From Ptychomitrium polyphyllum (taxonomy: Eukaryota), in NCBI GenBank assembly GCA_973851085.1, contig OZ316776.1, positions 11,780,001-11,844,000 of the forward strand: a DNA stretch of 64,000 bases, in the 5' to 3' direction. Position numbers and translations under genes: made by a program. Shown piece after piece: positions 45,701-57,129 of this stretch. The notes beneath the pieces were generated by a model, which saw only the letters and a list, made by a program, of their open reading frames with translations, had not been told where the DNA came from and ran no database searches. Position 1 is the first letter of the stretch. The number at the start of each line of letters is the position of its first letter.

Positions 45701-48237
45701 ATTGAATAAGATATCACAATTAAATATATTTGAGTAAAAAATTAATCCGTGCTTATATAAATTAACCTTTAAAACAGACAAAAATATGTCAGGAGACTAC
45801 AAAAAACTTGCGTACAAGTACAAAAGAGATTGAAAAACTTTCAAATTTATGTACAAGCCTTCAAGAACAACAAGTAATATATTTTTGTACTGAATCAATA
45901 TTTACAATATATTCTATTCTATTATATGTTTTCTATTTTTATTTTATGAAGATGAAATCATAAGTTAAACCATATAATTTAGATACAAATATGTATTGTT
46001 ATACAAAAAAAATTATATTTCTTATTAAACTTATTATACATTAACAAAAATATAGGAAAAAATGGAACAAACATGGTTTGATAATGCACGGCTTATACAA
46101 ATTTTGGCATCAATTGGCCAATATAATGACCTTGCAAATGGTATTAAATTATTCATTTAATAATGATTAATAATCAATATATTTAGCATCTGTATATATG
46201 TATGAAACAATTTTTCAAACATATAATATAAGGAAATCATCTGTATAATATTTCAAGAAAAAACCAAAATTTTATTCATTTAGAAATTAATGTCATATTA
46301 AAAATAATTTCATACATTATAAGGTATCATTTTTTATTCCAATGAAGAATTCCTTCTAAAATTTATTGTCTAGAATTGCACGATGGTAGAGGATTGGTTT
46401 ACATGCCACCCACTTCAAGAGGTGCTAAGATCTTGGTGAGATTCTTAAGGTGTGGAAATGAATCAAATCACTTAAAATCCGTTAATCATTTTGAACAATG
46501 AATAAATTTGAATACAACAGTTGTCAACAATTATCTAATTATCTTAAGAATTTGAAAACATTGTAACAATATCTTCAATTGCAGGGTTTATCACATCGTT
46601 ATGAATGTTGTAAATTGCAGACTAAATATACTAATTCCACAATTGAATTAGATCAATGGTATGATACTAGATTACTAATGTTGAGTTTATTACTTTCCAT
46701 ATTAAAAAAATGCAATTTCACAAAGCTTCATATATTGAAACATATATGTACACAATGTTTTTCAAATTACAATAATACAAATAATACATTCATATATACA
46801 CGTTTTATTTATTGTGATATTTCAAGTCTGTAGAAATTATTTTGTAAATTGTAAATTCCATTCAAAATCTTATATATGAATTATATTGAAATTTGCAAGA
46901 AGGGTACCAGCAGAAGCTTATGAAATGTTGCTAGCATTTCGGAAAAAATGTTGTCCAAATATATCTATTATCATATTTCAAGAATTAATGGTATATGTTT
47001 TTAATTCATTCATATAGATATATGTTTATGTTTATGGACGTATTGTATATGAAATTTATATGACTTTAATTAACGAATATATTTTGACACTTTTAAGTAT
47101 TTGAAATTTTAAACGTAAAAACATATTTTCGAATTATAATATTTAAAATTTTGAATTTTGTCAAAAATTAAATGTAAGATTATTGATTGTGCATACTGTG
47201 TCTTAATGTGAATTATGAAAATAATTGAAAAGTGTTGACAATGCTTAAATTTGATAATTTTGTAACTAAACATTCTAAATGTAAAAATGATTAGGCTGAT
47301 TTAAGTACATTTTGGAGAGATCGTACAAAAAAAAATCTGGTAAATATCACTGTATTTACGCAACATACCTTACAGTTTTTATAAAATATTTCTTCAACAA
47401 CAGTACGATAAAAATACTTCAAACGAAATTATATACATGCTCTTTTTGTTGTCAGACTGAGTACTATTTATAAACATTTTTCACTAAAATATTTGTTGTT
47501 GGGTAATCATGTATGATAAATAAACAACTATAAATCAAGTTAATTTTTTATATTCCAAATTCATTTTATTCAGGCTTTCATTAAGAAAAAATATCAAAAA
47601 CGTATTATGGATTTAAAAAGACAACTTCTTCAGCGTCTTCCATATAGACAGGTTTTTAAATATTTGATTGCATTGTCTGATGTTGATTATAACATTTAAA
47701 CACCAAATATGCAACTTTGAACACAGAATCAATCTTTTTTTAACAACAATCTTTCTAATAATTATTTCACTAAGTGATGTTTTTAACAAATAAATTTTTG
47801 GAAAGTTGCATGTTATAACATGAACCTTAAGAATGTCATGCAATCAGGTGGTACCAACAATTCCAACCAAATTAACTCGAAAAAATTCAAAGAAGGTGGA
47901 TACAATTTTTTTAATTTGAAGATTTTGCAATGTTTGATCCAAAATTCTACATATAAATAATCCTATAATCAGTATGTCATGATTTTATGTTTGTATGATT
48001 AAAATTCAAACTATAATGAAACCATTCATTCATAATTTAAATTCCAATTGCATTATGAACAAGTTATTAAATTCTATCAATTTTATTTTTGAATGGATTC
48101 ATGGATGGATTGACCATCCAAATCAGGACATAGAAATTGCTTCAAATTTTGAATATCATTGTTATCAAATAAACAATAACAAATATCAAAATTTGAAATT
48201 CAAACATGATTTTATGTCAAGATGGAGTGACCTTTAA
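42783..48237 (+). CDS. Hidden 19-exon coiled-coil protein (~460 aa); exons 42783-42875, 43278-43412, 43633-43709, 43844-43901, 44170-44267, 44367-44421, 44710-44766, 44933-44992, 45185-45229, 45360-45377, 45778-45873, 46056-46140, 46374-46435, 46585-46658, 46903-46990, 47295-47339, 47574-47651, 47848-47895, 48127-48237
   Basis: All 18 junctions are GT-AG with matching phases (0, 1 and 2). They give one stop-free 1383-nt frame rich in E/K/Q/L heptads, with a C-terminal block DNARLIQILAS..Y..ELDQWVPAEAYEMLLAFRKK..DLSTFWRDR..KKYQKRIMDLKRQLLQRLPYRQV. The start codon is uncertain: an acceptor at 42760 suggests a further upstream exon is possible. Confidence 0.82.
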
Positions 48238-51200
48238 GTTTGTTTTTTCATCTTTTCAATTTCCATAAATTGGAGAAAGATGTTTTCAATTAAAACCTTA
48301 TTCATGGATAAAAGTTTTATAAATTACAGAATGTGATGTATTCTAATTACTACTTACAAAAATAAATATGTGATGATATTTAATCAAAACACAACATTAT
48401 AGATTCATACATGATTATAATATTAGGTTTACAAGACGATCTAATGTAAAACATTTAAATATTTAACTGCAGTATGAATTAAATATGATGTCTACTCATG
48501 AAAATACACCGGATGATAATTACACTAATTATGAATTTCAACCTTTACAAGTGTTTTACAATGTGGTAAAATTAGACTTTTGCAAGTTTGTAAATTCTAT
48601 GCGCATGTGTTATTTCTAATTGTGATTTTCTTTTTTCAAACTTCATTGATTCATACTAAAAAATTCATAATATAAAAATTTGCATAAAATATTTTCTTAG
48701 TATAAGTTTTTAATAATTATCCACTATCATTTTAAACATCAGTAAAAGTAATTTATTTGAAATGTTGCAAACTACAATTCAAAAGCTTCCAAGAAGGCAA
48801 AAAACAAGTATTGCCAATAATACATTTGCTTTTGAGATTCCTTCACATTTTCAACAAAGATCAAATAGTTTTGAAGGGAGGCAATTATCATGGAGTTTCA
48901 ATACCTAAATTAGGTACCTAAAATCCTTACATAACTTTTTAAAAGAATAAAACTAATAATAGTATATAAATTCATGGAACTAAAAATATTAAGTATTGAT
49001 AAGTTTGGTTTTTTTTTATAATATTGAAGACTTAGAATTTAAAGGTAGGATTTGAAATTTTAATATATTTATAATTAAAGTAAAGAAAATAATAATAATG
49101 TTTAAATATAATTATTATAAATGCAAATTGATGTATCTAAATTGTTGGCAACAATTTTTGGTCTATAATGCCATGATTTCATTTTGAAAGATCATATTAA
49201 GATTCTTATGCATACCAAAACCTCAATGGTTTTTCTCTATATTTATAAAATTACATATAAATTATAAGCACAATGAGTATTCTAACATTGATAGTCATTT
49301 ATACAATTTGATGATTTTTTACATCATTATTTTTATAGCTATTCAAATTTTTTTGAATTAATATAAATTGATGGTCATTTTACATTTAAATAATTATCAT
49401 TAAAAACAAAATTACAATTTTAAATTTGAAACCCATACTTTAATGTATTTTAAATTTAATTTTGATTAATAATATTTATGTTTTAGTAATTCCTTAATAT
49501 ACCTTTTGAATAATCAATATTACATAACTTTGAAAATTTGTTCTTAAGCATTTAAAATAACAACTGTGTATATATGATGATAGGATTTTAACTTTGATCA
49601 TATTTTCAATTGCAGGTACAATAATTTTTGGAACAACTAAATGCACAAAGATTGGTCATTAAAATAATATTAATTATTTAATTAAAAATATATGTCATTT
49701 TAAAAGTTCTTTTTGATTTGTGCATTTAAGAATCAAATTAACAATTGTAAAAGCTTTGTCTCTTTAATATTTGTTTTAAACATGATATTTTTTAATATAG
49801 GTTTTTCATCTGATTGCAATCAAAGTAGTTCATTTGTAATATCAACAATTTTGTCATCTTTTACTATACAAGAGTATTTAGAAGTAAAAAACATGTTTAT
49901 TGAAAAGAAAGCATCTTTAGCATTTGCACTAAATATAATTTGATGTAGGAAAATTTGACTACATGGTCGTTTTTGATCTCTGGAAGTTAAAAAAGCAATA
50001 GAAGCATATTGTACAGATCATTGCTATAACTTTTAAGTAACATCAATAAAAAATCCTTACAGTTCTTTTGGAACAAGAACAAAAATTCAGTTGGTAATAG
50101 TCCTCATTAACATAATGTGGCGTGCATTAATATCCAAACTAGTGTAAGTTATTAAAGAAAATGAAGTTAACAACAATGTTTCTGAGAGTTCCAAATACAA
50201 ATATAATTATTCCAAAAAACAAAATATGAAATAATGATGATTTCACTCATTCGGATCATGCAGATCATGCAGATCATGCAGACTCGGGTAAAAACTCACA
50301 GTTATACGAGGTCTCGGAACGATGCCAATAATTGGTGTCCCAAAGAGTAATTCGCAATTCACCAGTCCGATTCCAACTTGAAAGGTGAAAAGAAAAAGAA
50401 AAAAAAAGAAAAAGAAAAAGAAAAAGAAATGGAAAAGCTCCGCGTCCCATGGAGTTTGGGGACCTCGTTTGCTCCAGTGTCGTACGCGTAAAAAGAGGCG
50501 GCAGTACAAGAGGCTGGCTTCACGCCGGCGCTGACAGCAGCGGTCGGTCGGCGCCGGGTCTCGGGACCCCCACCCTGGCCCAGAGCTGTACCCCCCGCGT
50601 TCGTCCCGAGCAACCCGTCGTCCGTCCAGCAGACGAACGACCACTATCCGTCGGACGACCACACACACAGAGCTGGGGAGCGTGGGCTGGTGTAGTGTCT
50701 CGTCCAGCGTGTAGGGCATGAGGCTGCGACTGCTCGCCCTCACTCTCAGGTCCACAGCCACTGTCGTCCCTTTCCTGCAGTGCACACTGCACATCTCTCC
50801 ATTACTCCACCTCTGCTCATAGAGGTCGTCTTACACACCTGGGGGTCAGTGCCCACGTAATCAACGCATCACTTCCACTTCAATCAGCTTCTAGGATTGC
50901 ATGCTAGCATTGGATTTTTCATCAAAGTTTGGGTTTTGGATGCGGAGGTGGTGGTTTGAGGATGGAAGCAGGAGCCGTTGCTTTGGCAGAGTGGATGTTT
51001 AATCCGTGTTTTGATTTTCGATTGGTAATGATAGAGGTCAGTGTTTGTGTTTTCAACTGAGGTTTGGGCTTGGGTCGTACACACGTATTGTGTATGAGTT
51101 TTGTGAGGGACGGAGTGACCTGCACTGGGTTTTTTTTGAAGTGTTGTTCTTGATTGATAGTTTCGTGAGGTAAGGTATGGGGTTTTGACATGCAGTTCTG

Positions 51201-51820
51201 CATCGAGAGTCTGGAGTGGTTCTTCTCAGGGTCTGAGTCGTTTGATGGTGTCATTACATGTAGAAACGATGAGTATGATGGATGCTTCGAGTTGAACGGG
51301 TGGTGTTGGTGATTCTGGTGCTATTGTGCATGCAGTAAGGTTGTGTTGAGGGAGTGTATGTAAACTTGAGAGCTGGTAGTTCGACTTCGGAGCTATCGCC
51401 ATGGAGATGTCAAAAGTGCTTGCATCCGCAATGAATTACAATGCGGACCAGCCTTCGACTCGTGTTGGCCTTGGGAGCCACATTGCTATCCTCTCTCTGT
51501 GAGCCTGTCTCTCAGATGAACAGCAGAGTTAAATCTCATTTCAAACAGCAGAATTATTCGGTGTTGTTCAACGGTATACTACACATGTGGGAAAATAAAT
51601 AGGAGACTTCTTTTGAGGCGAGCGAGTCTTTGGGGTTATCGCTAACTGGTGTTGGAGTCTTATGTTCAATAGCTCCTCTGCAAGAAGGCCTTAGTATTGT
51701 CGGAGCGGGGCATTGGCGAACTCTTTTTCCCAGTTGGGCATTGTAGTTTCGGAAACGTCGACGCTCTATCGATATTCCTTACTGCAGCGTAGTTGAAGGG
51801 TACAGAGAAGCTTCGGCGCC

Positions 51821-53670
51821 ATGTCGAGGTACGGGAGAATGCGGGCATCGTTCGACTCCGACGCCAGTTTGGTGAACTCTCCGCCAATGTCACCACCTCG
51901 ACATGGCCACCCGGTCTATTTCGTGCAATCACCTTCGCGCGACTCCATGCAGGATGGGGACTCACTTTCACAGAGTTTCTCCCGAGCCACGCCGCGTGAG
52001 AGCCCCTCAGCCAGCCCCATGCACCACAAGCACTTCAAGCAGCCGTCGACGGACTCGCTACCGTTTGGCGTCCACAATCCCAAACCTGGGTCCCGCCGGG
52101 TGCTGCCGCAACCGAACTACGTCGCGGGTGCTAACCCCAAGAAGGGCTACCGACCCTGGGCACCGGGGACCATACTCGAAGAAGAGGAAGGCATTCAGGG
52201 AGAGAAGAAGAAGCGGCTTTCGCGCGCTTGCTTGATTTGGATTGCCATTTTTTTCACCATTGTCATGTTCTTCGTCGGCGCCTTCCTCTTCTGGCTTGCC
52301 ACCATGCCCAAAGCTCCTCATGTCGCTGTGCAGGTACTTCACCACATATCCTTTGCTGCAAGTTCCGCTATGTTTGTGCTGCTCACTTCACATGAGCTCG
52401 TTCTGTGATCAGTTATCGCCGCCTTTGAATCATGTGCTATGCCAACTACATTTTGTTTCGTGTGCTCTTCTTAAGTAGCGTCTGTTTCTATGATTCTTGG
52501 TCTCCTTTCAAACCTCGGAAAGGCCGACATTAATTTCCCTTGCTTTTGCAACTGTGGTGAATTTCTTGTAGTAGAAGCAATATCTCTGTAATCTTTATGT
52601 AGGTTTTCAAGAATTTCGGCTTGGTGTGAGGTTTACGCAGTTCTACTTTAAATCTTTGAAATGCCAGCGTTGGCCTTCTGATCCTGGTTTCTGTAGCTTT
52701 ACTAAGTTTTGCTACCTCAGTACTCCCAAAACCGAAAGAGTTGAAGTTGGAATCAGGCGTTTATGCCTGCCGATCATAAGATCTTATCCATGTTTTGTTC
52801 GAGTGTTTAGTGATTCATATCCTAGAAAGATTATATTTGAAGAACATAGGCTAATTTGACCCTCTCGTTTAGTACCTTTATTGAAGCTGTCACATGTTCT
52901 GCAGAGTGTGGCATTTTCATACTTCGGCTTAGAAGAGGGAGTAGACAATTCAGGAGTGCCTACGATGCTAGTCTCACTCAATGCAACCGCAACACTACAG
53001 CTGTACAATCCGTCGAGGTTTTTTGGATATCACATCAAAGGTTCTCCAATGGGTCTCAAGTATCTCGATCTTGCCATGGCCGGAGGGCAGGTAAAAATGC
53101 CATAAACTTCCTACTAATTGGATTTGGAGTTCAAGATCGATTACTGCTATCTAATTGGGTACCATACCGAATCCATACCATTCTCTTCGTAGCATCATAT
53201 TCATTATATTGAGACATTTTAGAATTTCCTTTTTATGACATTTCAGACTCCCAAAGACTAAAGATGGGAGTCCCAAAATGTGCATTTATCTCAATATAAC
53301 GAATATGAACATTTGTGTATCTCTTGATTCTTTCTTAGATCAGAGTCTGACTAGGTCAGTATGATGCCTGGACATACAGCTGAAGCCATTTTATTTGGAG
53401 AAGCGGTCCACAAAGAAAGTGACAGTAGCCATCACTTCTGACAAGAAGTTCCTTCATGGGGCTGGCCCAAGTTTCGACCAAAGTTACTCTGCTCCTGGTA
53501 AGGGCGTGAATCTGAAACTGGAAGGCGTGGTTTTCACACGAGCTTACGTGATGGGCCAGATGCTGAAGAACAAATTCAGTAGCAACGTGGCATGTACTTT
53601 CAACTTCGCTGCCGGGGCACCAACGCAATGGAAGGTACAACAACTGGCTTGCACATACGCGTCTTCATAG
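51821..53670 (+). CDS. Companion of Cellulose synthase (CC1/CC2)-like LEA_2-domain membrane protein; exons 51821-52333, 52905-53090, 53380-53670
   Basis: PVYFVQSPSRDS..DG, KPGSRR, W..ILEEEG, a TM helix followed by PKAP, GVDNSGVPTMLVSLNAT..YNP..FFG.H and LHGAG match the recalled At1g45688 family layout. Confidence 0.85.
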
Positions 53671-54546
53671 CTTACGAAGAGTTTTTCAGTTGTAGATTGT
53701 CGGTTGAATTTGGCGTAAGTCTCGCATATGAAGAAAGCTCACAAGACTTAGCGTTCCTCTGCTCATGGATCACTAATGGTGTGGTCGAACTCTATGGTTT
53801 GGTCCAGCTTTCAGCTTTCTGCAGCTTGGGAATGAGTTTCCCATGCTTGTAATTATATGAATCGGTTCTGGGGCCTGTCATATAGTTCTGGTCACAAGGC
53901 AGTTTTGTCCTGGCTTTTGTACTTTGTATTTCTAGCTATTACTACTTGCAATAAACTATAAGGAAGTGTAGATATTGGAAGCTACGTTAGTATGTATATT
54001 TCTAGTCTGATGAAGAGCAGCCTTTGGTCTATACAGTACAAGCCTGTGGGATTCCCAAGATTGGAAGTAGTCTGGACCATTTTATTTTTCTACTGTGTCA
54101 AATTCTCTCTCTAAATAACAATACATTTCACTTTTGAGAAATGTCCAATCATGCTACAACATCCTTGATTACAATTTACATAAAATTTTTAAACCAATAT
54201 AAAGGCGGTGTTTTAGCTTAATTTGAAAGTGAACATGCTACTTTCCCCTAAATATGAGGTTGAATACAGAAAAGCATAAGGCAAGCCTCGTTAATATCCT
54301 TTATAAGGTCAAAATTGTTGCCACCTTCCTACATCTAAAAAATGGTCTATGGACTGTTGTATATTTTGGACATTGATTCACTTATAATGGTTCTATCAAG
54401 TTTTTGGCTAATTTCTATAAATCCTTGAACATCCAAAATGATTGTATGATAATTGCACCTGTTGGTATCTATTCCATTTTCTTTGGTGCTATTGTAGCAA
54501 AGCATGATTTGCCATCAACTCAACGGATTGTTTTGCATAACCTTCT

Positions 54547-54640
54547 ACCATCTTACTAGGTTCCCACTGCCTTCTATGCAAGGATTGCAACACACCATCT
54601 TACTAGGTTCCCACTGCCTTCTATGCAAGATTTGCAACAC
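54547..54640. repeat. Tandem duplication of a 47-bp unit (2 copies, 2 mismatches)
   Basis: ACCATCTTACTAGGTTCCCACTGCCTTCTATGCAAG(GA/AT)TTGCAACAC occurs twice. Confidence 0.9.
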
Positions 54641-57129
54641 AAGTTTTTGTTGCTACTTCAAGTAAAATAACACTAGTGTGTGGAATAGGCTATGTATCTT
54701 CTAAAAACCATTAAATCCATGGAAACATTATAATCATTTTTCATAAAATTGCTTTGTTCAAAAGTCATCAAAATAGATTTTAGATTCTTTATGCATCCAT
54801 GATAAATTTCACCATAAATTGGATGTAAGAAAATTAAATAAAAAGATTTTTGAAATTTAAAAGAGTCTCCAATTGAATCAACTATGTAACATCTTGTAAT
54901 ATCATTTGTGGTTGTTGCAACTATGGATAAATCAAGTGTCTAAAGCCTTTTATTCCTAGATTTCTACCTTAATAATACAAATTTAAATTCATGCATTTTA
55001 AATCCATATTAAATTTGATTTTTTGTCAAATAAATTTGAAAAAAGTCAAACATGGCAATAAACACAAAAAATGTATTAATAATAATATCAGAAATAAAAA
55101 TTTGTACAAAAAATTGAATTAAGAGCTTGATTTTCATTATATAGTTATTTCATGAATTTAAAAGGCTATTTGACTAACTAATTGAATATGCAAAAAGTTT
55201 AAAAATTACAAAAGAAAAAATTTACTTTTTTTCAAGAATAGTATATTTTAAGTACAAATTGGACGTCATTTTTTTGAAATAAAAATATAGATATATTAAA
55301 AGAAATGAATATATTATTACACCAAGATAATTATATATCAATACTCCACCAAAATTTGTTGAACCTTGTTCTACAAATTACTTTTGCTTATTGGTTTACA
55401 AGTAAACTTCTTTCATTGCCTATCTATCTCTTTTCATATGTACTTTATGGAATTTAGATTAGGTGACTAGAATGGATGTCTTATTATGTTAAATTTTGCA
55501 TTACAATCCAATCTTTGAGAAAATTGGATATGTGTTTAGGATCATTATCTTCTTAAAATATGACACTCTCAATGTTTAATCCTTGCTTTTAAATGGTATC
55601 TAAAAATTCTTACTTAATAATGTTAAGATAAAGTTTTGCATCAACATTGAATTGGATTTTATCAAAAAAAATAATTCTACTCCATTCTTATATACCACAC
55701 TTGGTAAATTTTGAGCATGCAAAGTGCCATTTACAATGTTGTACTGGTAAAAGAGACTTCTTCTTCTTTACACATGTTCAAAGACCAAGTTTATTAAAAT
55801 CCCTCCTAATTGTATCATCACTCACTTGCAATCTAACACCTTACGATTTTTTGTCCCATAAATGTTGTTCAATTTTTTGATGAATTTAACTTCTTCACCA
55901 TTACACATTTCTCACGCAAATCAAAGAATCATAGGACAACCACATTTAGGTTTGTTCTACACATCACTTGTTTGTCTAATGGCATGTGCTCTTTGACATG
56001 CCCAAAGTAACTGCAATTTTTTAATATAAAAGACGTTATTGATGCAAAGCAATTGTTTGTGAATATTGATGCAAAAAGTTGATTTTTTCATAACTAATGG
56101 AACCTATACCTCACTATCTCTCAAAAGCCCTCCATTCAAAAAAAAATCACTTACATCAACAAGAAACCATGTTGTGAAGTTGCAAGACTTTGGATGCACA
56201 TAAGACCAAGACCACTATTCATCAAAATATCTTCTTCATTATGTATCCTACTTTTGTTGTGAGTTCATTAATACATTGACACACAATATACTTTCTATCT
56301 TTGATTGTCCTCAATCAATTAACACTTGCTTATTTCCAATTTCAAGTACAACCTTTGTTACCACTATAATACATAAGACCTCTATTTTATGTACTACAGG
56401 AACTTACAGAACATGTGGAAAAATTTACATCAGTTAACATGACGTTCTTTATTATTTCTACACAAGTCTTTTAAAAAAAACTATAAAGTAAAATTAAAAA
56501 ACCACGAACTGAAAAAAAAATATATACACAGCATTCATTTTTATTAAATGGCCTCAAAATATACATTCCAGAAACTTTTTGCTAATAAATCTATCATGGT
56601 TTGTACATTCAAACTTATTTAATGGAAGCTAATTCATGAAGATAGTAAAATAAAATAACCAAGATTTCAAATCTCTTAGAAATGTACCAAATTGAATAAG
56701 CACTAACGGAATTACTTGCTTAAAAAACCGTCACAGTTCAATGCAACAATGCCATGTACAGCTTCCACTTAGCAAACTGATATGAGAAAATTGCCATCTC
56801 CTTGAATAATACAGTTCTAGTACACTAAACTTCTAAACTGCATATAATACAAAGTGATGATATATAATATCGTTGACTTCCTTTCATTTTCTGCTAATCG
56901 GGCTATTTCTATACCAAGCATTCTACCAAGGTTCCCACAAAACTGATTTCACAAGGAGCCTCGAAAGCAAATTTCTTCAAGATTCACCTCCAGGGCAATC
57001 ATTGGGGAAAAGGTGCTCTATACTAATTTTAAATTTTAGGCTTTCAATGTTTCGGTAAAAGTAAGCCAGACCTATAAACCTGTGTATATGGAAGGAAGGT
57101 CGATGCTGATGAAGTACTTGGCCTCAGGA

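Noticed and set aside
50243..50794. 183-aa minus-strand ORF
   Set aside because: Low-complexity translation of A-rich and GATCATGCA repeats in a GC-rich promoter-like region; no domain.
54200..56400. Possible hAT-type transposase remnant on the minus strand
   Set aside because: Only faint peptide fragments; no convincing continuous motif or terminal repeats by eye.
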